Shown here: piece by piece, positions 9,990 through 18,805 of the stretch
Layout of the letters: each line of letters begins with the position of its first letter
How positions within the stretch are numbered: position 1 is the stretch's first letter
Assembly (NCBI GenBank): GCA_024975835.1
Contig: GCA_024975835.1_4840.1
Reading direction: 5' to 3' (one strand)
Length of the DNA: 64,000 nt
Source of the DNA: a phage
Made by a program: the position numbers and the translations under genes
The notes under the pieces: generated by a model
The model's database searches: none
The model's input: the letters and a program-made list of their open reading frames with translations, nothing else
Told to the model about the DNA's origin: nothing

Positions 9990-10223
9990 TCATTCCTCTT
10001 CATATTTGCCTGTCCTGAAGTTCCACTTTCGCGCATTCTTCAGGTCGAGGTCTTTGAAGATGTTTCCAAAGATCTTTTGGAAGGAGGTCTGCTCTTGTTC
10101 TTCCTCAAGATCCTTGGGCTTCTTGACAGGCTCTTTCACCATACCGCCTTCGGGTTTCCCCACATCGGCGGTCGTGGTTCCAGGGGCTGCTGAGTCTTCA
10201 AGGAAGTCCTGGAAGCCTTTCAT
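9990..10223 (-). CDS. hypothetical protein
   Basis: ORF trimmed to first ATG (MKGFQDF); translationally coupled to upstream Ig-like gene. Confidence 0.4.
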   Translation of the reverse strand: MKGFQDFLEDSAAPGTTTADVGKPEGGMVKEPVKKPKDLEEEQEQTSFQKIFGNIFKDLDLKNARKWNFRTGKYEEE

Positions 10224-10225
10224 GA

Positions 10226-11035
10226 TTAGACCGCAGCCATTTCGCAACGAGTAGAGGTCACAGAGTGGCCGTCAGCGTCTTCAACAACACACCAGTACTC
10301 ACCCTCGTTTTCGGCAGCAACTGCAGTGATAACCAGGCTCGCAGTTGCAGCAGTGGGGTTAGTGCCAGCATCGATCACCTCACCTTCACCACCAGGGACA
10401 TCAGAGAAGTACCAAGTATGTGTGTATGGGGTAGTGCCGCCTGTAGCAGCGATGGTGAAGGTTGCGGATTCACCTGTTGTTACATCCTGAGAAGCAGCCA
10501 GATCGGTAGACAGAGACAGAGCGCCAGCCACTGTGATGACGGTAGAGTCAGTGTGGTCACCTTCGATGGTCACGCCATAAACTGTTACCGAGCCAGGGGC
10601 CAGCAGCTTGAATTTACCACCACCGATGTGCACAGCTTTGGTCAGATCGCCAGAGTACCAGTTGACACCCTGGTAGGTCGCGTTCTCCGGAGCGACGACC
10701 GCCTTCAGTTCAACAACCTGACCGACTTCACCATTAGCAGTTTCAGGGGTGATGGTCAGGCCAGTGGTCAGCACAGCGCTTGGGTCGTGGATTTCATAAG
10801 ACAGCTGGAAGCCAACGGGCTTGGTTGGATCCACTTTGGTGACGCCATCGGCCTGCAAATTGCTCTTGGTCAGCAGTGCATCCAGACCTTTACACTCAGT
10901 CAGGATCTCGTCTGGGTCTTGGTTAAGACTGGTCTTTTCCCAACCCCGAGCAGTACCTGTTACAGTGTGAAGACGCTCAGTTTCCGGTTTGTTGCGAACA
11001 ACTTCCGGTGCTACTAATACAGTGATCGTTGGCAT
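10226..11035 (-). CDS. Ig-like domain protein (possible Hoc-like capsid decoration or adhesin)
   Basis: Thr/Val-rich beta-strand repeats and C-terminal GEYWCVVEDADG (Ig-fold Y-x-C signature); start at ATG 11035 preceded by GGAGGA. Confidence 0.5.
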   Translation of the reverse strand: MPTITVLVAPEVVRNKPETERLHTVTGTARGWEKTSLNQDPDEILTECKGLDALLTKSNLQADGVTKVDPTKPVGFQLSYEIHDPSAVLTTGLTITPETANGEVGQVVELKAVVAPENATYQGVNWYSGDLTKAVHIGGGKFKLLAPGSVTVYGVTIEGDHTDSTVITVAGALSLSTDLAASQDVTTGESATFTIAATGGTTPYTHTWYFSDVPGGEGEVIDAGTNPTAATASLVITAVAAENEGEYWCVVEDADGHSVTSTRCEMAAV

Positions 11036-11406
11036 GGTTTCCTCCACTCATCCAAATCGTTGTTCAGAGCCATCATCAGCTCATTATCTGGTTCGTATGA
11101 ACCGGAACATAAATCATCGCGCCATACGCCTAATGTCAACAAAGCAGCCTTGAGGCGTGGCAACTGGGGCTTATCCACCTTCAAAACGAGCATACGGCAA
11201 GCGGCCTCTGTTTCGAACGTATTGAAGACAGTAATCAATTGATTGAGAATCAACCGAGGACTCTTACCAGGGACAAATCTCTTCAATGATTGATTAATTA
11301 GCGAAATCCGCTGAATGTCTACCAGCAGTTCATCCCACGAGACAGAATCTACAATATAATGCCTCAGTGCATAATCCATCAAGTTGCTTTCGTCAACGAT
11401 AGGCAT
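11014..11406 (-). CDS. hypothetical protein
   Basis: 130-aa ORF. Confidence 0.45.
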   Translation of the reverse strand: MPIVDESNLMDYALRHYIVDSVSWDELLVDIQRISLINQSLKRFVPGKSPRLILNQLITVFNTFETEAACRMLVLKVDKPQLPRLKAALLTLGVWRDDLCSGSYEPDNELMMALNNDLDEWRKPCQRSLY

Positions 11407-11435
11407 ATTGAATAAGTTCAGCTGTTGTCATCGGC

Positions 11436-11861
11436 TTATTTAATCTGCAATTTTTCGATCAGCTTCGCAATCAGCTGAATGCGATCTTCTTCTGTGATAC
11501 CCAGCGGCGCAGCCAACAACTTGAGATCGTCAACCCCCAACAGGTTCAGAGTCTCGACTGTGATGTTGGTTTCAATCACAGCCCCGGTTTCAAACGGCTT
11601 GCCGAACTTGTCGCGACCATAACGCTTGAGGGTCGCAGCCAGCCCTGGAAGCTCCTGGAGGAGTTCTTTGGTGCCGTCTTGGTATTCGCACACCCAACCG
11701 TACCCGCCAGCGTAGACGACGCCTCCGTCTCCCCCTGGAGGGATGTTATCGATGGCGCGTTGTAGGTAGGTAGGCAACACACCTTCCTCCTTCGCCTGGA
11801 TGTCATCGACTGGGGCTTCGGTTTTAATTTCAACTTTCTTGACTTCAGGTTTCTTCGCCAT
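11436..11861 (-). CDS. hypothetical protein
   Basis: 141-aa ORF. Confidence 0.45.
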   Translation of the reverse strand: MAKKPEVKKVEIKTEAPVDDIQAKEEGVLPTYLQRAIDNIPPGGDGGVVYAGGYGWVCEYQDGTKELLQELPGLAATLKRYGRDKFGKPFETGAVIETNITVETLNLLGVDDLKLLAAPLGITEEDRIQLIAKLIEKLQIK

Positions 11862-12049
11862 GTTTGGTTCTCCTATAGACTGTTACGTATTTACCACAGC
11901 AATTGCAGCAGTATACGTGCATCGCGTATCCTTCGTCTGTGAAGTCGAAACCACCACAGCGACAGAACAATTTCACGAACTGTTGGTCATGAACTTCACG
12001 GGGAGGGAATTGTTTGTGGGGGTATTCCCTGGTCTCGCCTTCGAACTGA

Positions 12050-12067
12050 AAGGAGGCCGGAGCCTCC
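12050..12067 (-). terminator. stem-loop terminator downstream of the rIIB-like gene
   Basis: GGAGGCCGGAGCCTCC hairpin 20 nt after the stop codon, followed by TTTCAGTT on the minus strand. Confidence 0.45.
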
Positions 12068-12085
12068 TTGATGGATGGGGTTTAG

Positions 12086-13651
12086 TTACTTGTACAGACC
12101 TGTCACGTCAATAGACTTGTGCTGGCGGTTGTACTCAGCAGTGTAGTCATCCAACACCAGATATTCACAGCATCGGATCTTGCTGGAGCCATAGTCGTTG
12201 GTAATAGACACGATGTCTTTTGGGTTCAGCTTACAGCGAACAACGCGCTGGCCAACAGAACCGAAGCACTGTTTCAGATAGGCCAGGGAGCAAACGTGCA
12301 AACCGTATGAACACAGGTCAGAGTTGTTGTCGTTCACGAATGAGCGAGCCATCCGCACGATAGTGCCTGGGGCGTTGCTGATCGTGTTGCTGTGCTTGTC
12401 CATGTAGTTGCCGCGCACCGATTTGTAGAGGATGATGTCACCATCGTCGTCAATTTCGATGTCAGAGTACGCCATGAACTCATAGATGCGCCCAGACTGA
12501 ACCAGAGAAGCAGACGGGTTCTGGAACATTTTGTCCATAAACTTCGCCATGCGGTCCAGGTTGTGAAAGTCACCCTTCAGCATCAGCGCCAGTACACGCT
12601 TGGCGATGGATGTGCCTGTGATGTCATGGCCAGACCAGCGGACACGGTTGTCAGACACGTCTACCAGTCCAGCAGCGTACTTCGCGATCGCTTCACGAGG
12701 GCGCATCAGCGAGTATGCCAGCTTCACGTCTTTGTCTTTGATCGCCTGTACGATGCGGTCATAGGCCGGGTGTGAAGTGGTGATCGTTTCCGGCTTGCCG
12801 TCAATCGCGATAACAACGCTGTCAGGAAGAATCAGGATCTGGTGTTCGTTCAGGAACACGTCCAGGTCTTTCGCGCCGAAGTCCTGTTTGGTTTTCTTGT
12901 TATCAGCCGCTTCTTCAACTTCTTTGATAACAACAGCGAATTCCACAGAAGACAGAGCCAGGCGCAGAGTGCGGCCGAGGATGGCATCGAAGTAACCAAC
13001 ACGGCGACGGGCATCCAAGGATCCACGGATAGGATAGGTTTCCCCGTCAACCACAACGCTGATTTCAACGTTGCTCGGAACTTTGTCAGCGCCTTCTGTC
13101 AGCGCCACAGAAATTTCTGCCATCTTACCGACAGCTTCAACACCGAAAGCGCGACTATCACCTTCCACAGGAGTCAGTTCGGATTTTTCAAAGAGAGCCC
13201 CTTTGAAATTGCCGTCATTGGTGAGACACAGATACTTGTTATAGTTTGGTAAATATGCCCCAACATACCATTCTGAGCCATCTTTGTCTTTGGCCGTGCC
13301 GCCCGGTTGGACCTCGAATACTTCCTGCTCTTCCGGCTTGATAGGAGAGATCACAGTTACCTTGTTTTCCTCCTCGGTAATGCGGACCAACAGAGCGCGA
13401 GCAATGGTCTTGGCGGACACACCGTACACCTTGGCCAAGAATGCATTGCTGACATTACCTGCCGCCGAATCCCTTTGGATATTGGCGATCTGATCTGTTG
13501 TCAGGGATTTCAGCGAAGTAGGGTCAACACCAATTTCCGTGTCGGAAACACGTTGTACAGTCGAGCGGGGTATGCCCAACAGAGTAGCAATTGCGCTCTG
13601 GCTTTTGCCTTCCTTCAAATACTTCAGGATCTTTTCGTCAATCTTGTTCAT
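12086..13651 (-). CDS. rIIB: rIIB-like protein with N-terminal HTH domains
   Basis: Immediately downstream of the rIIA-like gene; two N-terminal HTH-like segments; C-terminal KHSNT...GLHVCS region recalled as rIIB-like; start moved to ATG (MNKIDEK). Confidence 0.55.
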   Translation of the reverse strand: MNKIDEKILKYLKEGKSQSAIATLLGIPRSTVQRVSDTEIGVDPTSLKSLTTDQIANIQRDSAAGNVSNAFLAKVYGVSAKTIARALLVRITEEENKVTVISPIKPEEQEVFEVQPGGTAKDKDGSEWYVGAYLPNYNKYLCLTNDGNFKGALFEKSELTPVEGDSRAFGVEAVGKMAEISVALTEGADKVPSNVEISVVVDGETYPIRGSLDARRRVGYFDAILGRTLRLALSSVEFAVVIKEVEEAADNKKTKQDFGAKDLDVFLNEHQILILPDSVVIAIDGKPETITTSHPAYDRIVQAIKDKDVKLAYSLMRPREAIAKYAAGLVDVSDNRVRWSGHDITGTSIAKRVLALMLKGDFHNLDRMAKFMDKMFQNPSASLVQSGRIYEFMAYSDIEIDDDGDIILYKSVRGNYMDKHSNTISNAPGTIVRMARSFVNDNNSDLCSYGLHVCSLAYLKQCFGSVGQRVVRCKLNPKDIVSITNDYGSSKIRCCEYLVLDDYTAEYNRQHKSIDVTGLYK

Positions 13652-13682
13652 CTTGTAGTTCCCACGTTGGTTAACAGGACTA

Positions 13683-16439
13683 TTATGCCCTGATAATGGA
13701 ATTTGAAATAACGTCCAAGTAATCCGAAGATTTTTCAATCGGGTTCAGGGCGCTTGGTTTGTAATTCTCTTTCAAGAACCGGACAACACGATGACGCTCG
13801 ATGGTCAATCGGTTTTCCCGCCTTGCTTTCAATGACGGAGTCCTCGATATATCAAACGGTGTAAATCCATGAAACCGCAACACATCCGAAGCGCATTCAA
13901 AGATCTGTAGCATCTGATGTTCTGAACGGAAGATCTTTTCGTCACGCTCGTTGGCGTACAAATTCACGTTAAGAGAATGTATTGTGTCCTGGAAATGGCT
14001 AAATCGACGCTTGTCATTGATTGAAACCGGGGCTTTCGCCAGGCTTTGGTAATGACGTACAGTCTGCTCATCCAAGATATCGTCCACAACTTTCATTAAC
14101 TTGTTGTAACGGCTGACCAATTTGCCATAACGATCGTCTTCAACATCACCAAACGCCTGATGAACCAGATGGCTCCCGTATTTTAATCGATCCGCCCCAA
14201 GGCGCATGCGGCGGTATGATTCCAGTATGCGCTTGGCGCTATCGCGCTCCATCATAGGCTTCACGTTTTCCAACATGATCTTCAGGATTTCATCGATCGG
14301 TATGAAGACCTCTGGGAACTTCTTCATCATTGGCACGGATTTACGACGAGCCAAGAAGATTCGGTTGTGAACGTTCAACATATCGCTGATGTACACTGGC
14401 TTGCCTTCATCGTCGACACTGACTGCGTGCTCATACAGAGATTTACGAATACCCCGCGCCGCCGCAGTCGTCAACGTTCTGTCCATCACCTGATGGATAC
14501 ACGCATGGCCAGACACCTCAATATAGACGATGCGCTCGCCCTTGTTGATGATATCTGAGATCTGGTCGCCCGTTAGTTCTTCATACTGGTATATGTCGAA
14601 GTTGCTGCGCGTGAACGGAAACAGGCCAGGGTCTTTGGTGACCGGGGGCGTGACATACGACAGTTCGTTCATGAACTTGACTTCAGCAGGCTCCAACACC
14701 GCACTCAGCCAATCGACGAACTTGTCGGCGAAGCACAGATAATCAACCGTCGTTTCTTCTTTACCAATCCAAGTTTCAAAGAAATCATAGAGAGCCTGAG
14801 AATTCTTGAACGCAGGGTTGTCCTTAGATTGGTTGCGCTTGGTGACATAGGATGTGTTCGGCTTGGCCACGATGACTATCGTCCCTGTATCTTTCAGCTG
14901 CTTGATCTTCAGGTTACGAGCACGAACACTATCTTCGATCACCACAGTAACATGCTGGCCGCGATCAATCCACTTCTGGATTTCTGAAATGGTCAAATTA
15001 CTGGACTCACCCCAGTCATAGAAGATCTCCATAGAGAACGGCGATGACAGCTCATTGAACGGCGCGGTATGGTCATAATCGCGATCTATCTCAACAGGCA
15101 GCGGGTAACGGTAATATGAATCATGAAAGCGCTTGTCTGCCGGGTATTCCTTTTCAACCATCTTGCGGAACCCACTGCCGAACATTTCACTCAGTTTTAC
15201 CTTCTCCATATACAGGGCAAGAGGACCACGCTTACACGCCAGCTCCAGGTCACGCATCTTTTCTGTCAAGATTGCATTGGCGGTGCCCTTAAACTCCTCA
15301 GAGAGCGTCTCACGCGTGAATTCGTCATATGAAAGGTCTTCACGCGACGGTGGTACGTTCAGCGAGCCAAGTTCGAAGAACGTATAGGACGATGGAAACT
15401 TGCTCATGATGGAAGCAGTGTCCGGGTCCAGCTGGTCCAGGTCAATCGGGTACGACACGCCACCCATTACAGCATAATGGGTGTTCCCCTGACCTTTCGG
15501 CTGGATGTACGTGTTGTTGACCTTGAAATCATAACTGATATCTTCCCAGCTGAAGCGGTATGAAGCGTTCTCAACAATTGGACGTTGTTCAGGGCGCATA
15601 ACACGACCAAGGCGAACCAGTTCATCAGAGAATGCGGAGAAGCGAGCGTTCTTCACCGGGATCTTCACCGTCATGCCGTTGAACTCATCGGTGTCTTCCG
15701 GCTTAGGATCACGGGTTTCAAGATCTTTGGTGATCAGGTCAACAGTCGGGATGCGCTTGGCATTCAGGTACATCAGGAAGCGATGGAGTTTACCGTCCAT
15801 GCGGCTTTCCACAGTGAACGAATCCGATACCGCAAATGGTGATTTGGAGCCAAGACCGAATGCCCCAATCTGATCATCATCTTCTTCCTTCGTACTGTGG
15901 AAGAGAGTGGTATACAACCCAGGCGTACGAATGATTTCACCATCTTCGCGACGGAACACTAGACCACCATTATAGAACGCAGGCACGCCGATGACCTCAG
16001 CTGAGTCAGGGATCTCATCTTCCTTGACCACCATGTTGCCTTCCAGCAACACTTCATCTTCCTGCGCTGGGATAGGCTCGCCAATGATCTTCTCAAGTGG
16101 CAGACCGATGCCGTAATCACGGATTTCCAGCCATGGCTCAAAGTCATCAGGTAGATGCACAACAACCTGCTTACCCTTCGGTGCAAGGTATTTGCTATGG
16201 CGGGCAGGAGGCGGAGTGAGAGGCGCGTAGTGGGACGCCATCACACGGTGCATACGATCACGCATGCCATGGGAGTCGATGGCGTTACAGACGGTTTCGC
16301 GCAGGGCTGCAGCCTCTTTGTAACGATACAATGATGAGAACAGAGTCTCAAACATCTTATCGTTCATCTTCACGTTGAACGCCTGCCCCTGAATGGAAGA
16401 CGACGAGCGGATAAAGTGCTCGGACTTGCGCATTTTCAT
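13683..16439 (-). CDS. rIIA: rIIA-like protein (N-terminal GHKL/Bergerat ATPase fold)
   Basis: N-terminal NAIDSH and IRDYGIGL boxes plus GAFGLGSKSPF glycine box, as in T4 rIIA; 918 aa; adjacent to rIIB-like and topoisomerase genes. Confidence 0.65.
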   Translation of the reverse strand: MKMRKSEHFIRSSSSIQGQAFNVKMNDKMFETLFSSLYRYKEAAALRETVCNAIDSHGMRDRMHRVMASHYAPLTPPPARHSKYLAPKGKQVVVHLPDDFEPWLEIRDYGIGLPLEKIIGEPIPAQEDEVLLEGNMVVKEDEIPDSAEVIGVPAFYNGGLVFRREDGEIIRTPGLYTTLFHSTKEEDDDQIGAFGLGSKSPFAVSDSFTVESRMDGKLHRFLMYLNAKRIPTVDLITKDLETRDPKPEDTDEFNGMTVKIPVKNARFSAFSDELVRLGRVMRPEQRPIVENASYRFSWEDISYDFKVNNTYIQPKGQGNTHYAVMGGVSYPIDLDQLDPDTASIMSKFPSSYTFFELGSLNVPPSREDLSYDEFTRETLSEEFKGTANAILTEKMRDLELACKRGPLALYMEKVKLSEMFGSGFRKMVEKEYPADKRFHDSYYRYPLPVEIDRDYDHTAPFNELSSPFSMEIFYDWGESSNLTISEIQKWIDRGQHVTVVIEDSVRARNLKIKQLKDTGTIVIVAKPNTSYVTKRNQSKDNPAFKNSQALYDFFETWIGKEETTVDYLCFADKFVDWLSAVLEPAEVKFMNELSYVTPPVTKDPGLFPFTRSNFDIYQYEELTGDQISDIINKGERIVYIEVSGHACIHQVMDRTLTTAAARGIRKSLYEHAVSVDDEGKPVYISDMLNVHNRIFLARRKSVPMMKKFPEVFIPIDEILKIMLENVKPMMERDSAKRILESYRRMRLGADRLKYGSHLVHQAFGDVEDDRYGKLVSRYNKLMKVVDDILDEQTVRHYQSLAKAPVSINDKRRFSHFQDTIHSLNVNLYANERDEKIFRSEHQMLQIFECASDVLRFHGFTPFDISRTPSLKARRENRLTIERHRVVRFLKENYKPSALNPIEKSSDYLDVISNSIIRA

Positions 16440-16506
16440 AGTATAGAAATCCTATCAATGTCAAAGGGGAACATATTGGTTGAGTGGGTATAATACGGTG
16501 GGCGTC

Positions 16507-16528
16507 TTCAATTGAAAAAGCCCTCAGC
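16507..16528 (-). terminator. rho-independent terminator
   Basis: AAAGCCCTCAGCTGAGGGCTTT hairpin followed by TTTTTCAATTG on the minus strand, upstream of the rIIA-like gene. Confidence 0.5.
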
Positions 16529-16545
16529 TGAGGGCTTTGTTCAGA

Positions 16546-16893
16546 TCAATCTTCAGTGGCAAATTGTGCCTGGAAGTTGAATGTCGGTCGGGTGGCACCA
16601 GGCTCAAGGGTTTCCTCAAGATAGCCCACGACCGTGCGGGTGACTGACACAGTCTCTTTGCGCGGTTTGACTGGAGTGGCCAGTGCGATGATAGATGCCT
16701 TCTCTTCTTCAGTGCGGGTATAATCCACGTTGAAATGATAACGGCTACCGAACGCTGCCACTTCCACTTTGGTGATCTGTAGATCTTTCAGTTCAGTGCT
16801 GTTCAGGGTTCCCACGTTCAACTGTGAGCGCAGATGCTCAACAATGTTGGAGTACACATACTGTGGGGTGATCAGCTGTTCAATAGAACTCAT
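16546..16893 (-). CDS. hypothetical protein
   Basis: 115-aa ORF. Confidence 0.45.
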   Translation of the reverse strand: MSSIEQLITPQYVYSNIVEHLRSQLNVGTLNSTELKDLQITKVEVAAFGSRYHFNVDYTRTEEEKASIIALATPVKPRKETVSVTRTVVGYLEETLEPGATRPTFNFQAQFATED

Positions 16894-17034
16894 AACATAT
16901 CCTCTACTTTTTGGGTTCGGTTTTACTTAATCGAGCGACCTCTGCTCGAAGGAAGATTATCTCGTCGGTCATCAAACATCACCCATGATCTGCCTAACTT
17001 AGGATTGCCAACGGACAAATCCTTCAGGCGCTCC

Positions 17035-17235
17035 TCACTTACGTTTGCGCTTGTTCTTTCCATGAGTCTTCGCCTTCTTCTTGCGGGTTACAGACGGGCG
17101 ACCATGTCCCGGTTCGCCGGGTGTGCCACCCTGAGTGTAACGACGCCCCCACATGTCATCACCACGATGCGCGGCGACGATTTCCATTTCTGACAGCGCT
17201 AGCATAGCAGCAACAGCCGCAGATGATTTCTTCAT
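17035..17235 (-). CDS. small protein with Lys/Arg-rich C-terminal tail
   Basis: 66-aa ORF, AAGGGGGA site, ATGA overlap with upstream gene. Confidence 0.4.
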   Translation of the reverse strand: MKKSSAAVAAMLALSEMEIVAAHRGDDMWGRRYTQGGTPGEPGHGRPSVTRKKKAKTHGKNKRKRK

Positions 17236-17687
17236 TTCGTTTCCCCCTTGGCAGCATAGGACAGTGCCTTGACGATCATTACAGCCAGATCGATCGGCGA
17301 GTAGGTGCTGTTCAGATCTTCTCGAACACTCTGCTCTATTTCTTCATCAGACTGGACTACAGGACAGTTCTTTCCCTGGCGACGGCGTTCTGTGTTGATC
17401 ATATCACGCAGGAGCAGATCGGTGAAGGAGTACTCATCAAAGTTTTCCAGATAATTCTGAATCCCAGTGGATACAGGGGTTGGCTCCGGTTCCTGTTCTC
17501 CAGGATCTTTCAGGGCAGCAACAGTGGCATCAATATCCCACAGAGGGTTCAGCAGTAACAGAAGATTAACTGTTTCTCCTGACTCTGAAGTCGGGTTATT
17601 TCCCAGCACCTTGTACAGATTCTTCAGGGTGCTGTCGAAGGTCAGAACGGTCTGCGCCAGTTCTTCATAAGTTGGTTTGGTAGTCAT
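17232..17687 (-). CDS. hypothetical acidic protein
   Basis: ORF-track TTG start lies inside a terminator hairpin; trimmed to in-frame ATG (MTTKPTY) preceded by GGAG. Confidence 0.45.
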   Translation of the reverse strand: MTTKPTYEELAQTVLTFDSTLKNLYKVLGNNPTSESGETVNLLLLLNPLWDIDATVAALKDPGEQEPEPTPVSTGIQNYLENFDEYSFTDLLLRDMINTERRRQGKNCPVVQSDEEIEQSVREDLNSTYSPIDLAVMIVKALSYAAKGETK

Positions 17688-17754
17688 CAGCGTTTGCTCC
17701 GGCGTTTGTTCTTCATCTTTCTTGGCTTGTCTGTCATGTTCCTGTCCACGAAAA

Positions 17755-17796
17755 AGGGGATAGAGCAATAATACCCTATCCCCTTTTATTGAAGAA
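17755..17796 (-). promoter_or_regulatory. terminator hairpin overlapping a sigma70-like promoter (TTCTTC-N17-TATTAT)
   Basis: GGGGATAG...CTATCCCC hairpin with TTTTT tract after the 17800 gene stop; minus-strand -35 TTCTTC at 17796..17791 and -10 TATTAT at 17773..17768 in the loop. Confidence 0.4.
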
Positions 17797-17799
17797 CGA

Positions 17800-18213
17800 T
17801 TAGTCTTCAGATTCTACTTTGCCGCCTCGTAGATCCCGAACTGGTTTACCGTCCGGTGCCATCACATAAATGGTGTTGATTGTCTCAAACCAAGACAGCT
17901 GGTCAACACCCTCGGTGTATGGGGTCACCGGAACAGAAGTCTTGACCTCTTTGCCTTTCGTGTTCGGATGTTCAACCACATCCAAGAACGCACATTTCCC
18001 GCTCGGAAGGATCACACCATCAGTAAACAGCACGATCTTCTTGCGAGGGTTGCTGGCCTCACCCAGGCACACCACCAGATGATGGATCATCTCGGGGCGG
18101 TCAATCAACATGTCGTCTTTGATAATCCCTTGCTTGATAGCAGAGATCACCACCTCATCCAACAGAGCCTGCTGTTGGTCCAGTGTCAGGGATTCAGTGA
18201 GTTTCACGCTCAT
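17800..18213 (-). CDS. hypothetical protein
   Basis: 137-aa ORF. Confidence 0.45.
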   Translation of the reverse strand: MSVKLTESLTLDQQQALLDEVVISAIKQGIIKDDMLIDRPEMIHHLVVCLGEASNPRKKIVLFTDGVILPSGKCAFLDVVEHPNTKGKEVKTSVPVTPYTEGVDQLSWFETINTIYVMAPDGKPVRDLRGGKVESED

Positions 18214-18217
18214 GACA

Positions 18218-18787
18218 TCAGCCTTTGAAGTTAATCGGTTTCTGAATACCAGCGTCGAACGCGGCCTGGGTACGGGTATCGCTCACCACCTGGCAGGTCT
18301 TGTCAAGGTCGATACGCGGGTAGCCGAACATGCCAGCAATCAACGAACCAGGGAACTGAGCCAGCTTGGTTTCGTATATTGTGCAGATATCCAGCTTCTT
18401 GGTCTGGCTGATGCGGAATTCATCACGCCCAGAACTGATCACCACCTGGATCTCTTTGTACAGGCTGGAATCGAACTGAATATTCTGCTCCTGGATCCAC
18501 TGCATGACGGCCTTGGAACCATCAGCACCATAACGCCCTTCGAACGTGCCTTTGATCACTTCCTTCAAGCCGTCTTTATACATGTCAGGAATCTGCGCCG
18601 TCTCCTGAACTTTGAGCGTGTAGTTGCTCAGGTAGTTCTCGGAGTCTTTGTTGAACTTCTTGACCTGCTGCTCAGTGCGGTTGAAGTCGTTGAAGTAGCT
18701 GATGACTGTACCGATGCCGAGAATCACTACACCCAGAAAAGCCAAACCAACTATCCAACCTGTTGCAATACCCTTAGATTGAGACAT
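18218..18787 (-). CDS. LemA-family membrane protein
   Basis: N-terminal transmembrane helix; C-terminal GRDEFRISQTK...FPGSLIAGMFGYP matches the LemA signature; AGAGGAAG site. Confidence 0.6.
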   Translation of the reverse strand: MSQSKGIATGWIVGLAFLGVVILGIGTVISYFNDFNRTEQQVKKFNKDSENYLSNYTLKVQETAQIPDMYKDGLKEVIKGTFEGRYGADGSKAVMQWIQEQNIQFDSSLYKEIQVVISSGRDEFRISQTKKLDICTIYETKLAQFPGSLIAGMFGYPRIDLDKTCQVVSDTRTQAAFDAGIQKPINFKG

Positions 18788-18805
18788 TCTTACTTCCTCT
18801 TTTGA

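Noticed and set aside
11870-12049. Possible small zinc-ribbon ORF (CRCGG...CCNCC) between rIIB-like and the next gene
   Set aside because: Only GTG/TTG or a late ATG giving 23 aa, no ribosome-binding site, and a terminator hairpin lies inside it.
18110-18805. 231-aa plus-strand ORF opposite the LemA gene
   Set aside because: Antisense to a gene with a recognisable family signature.
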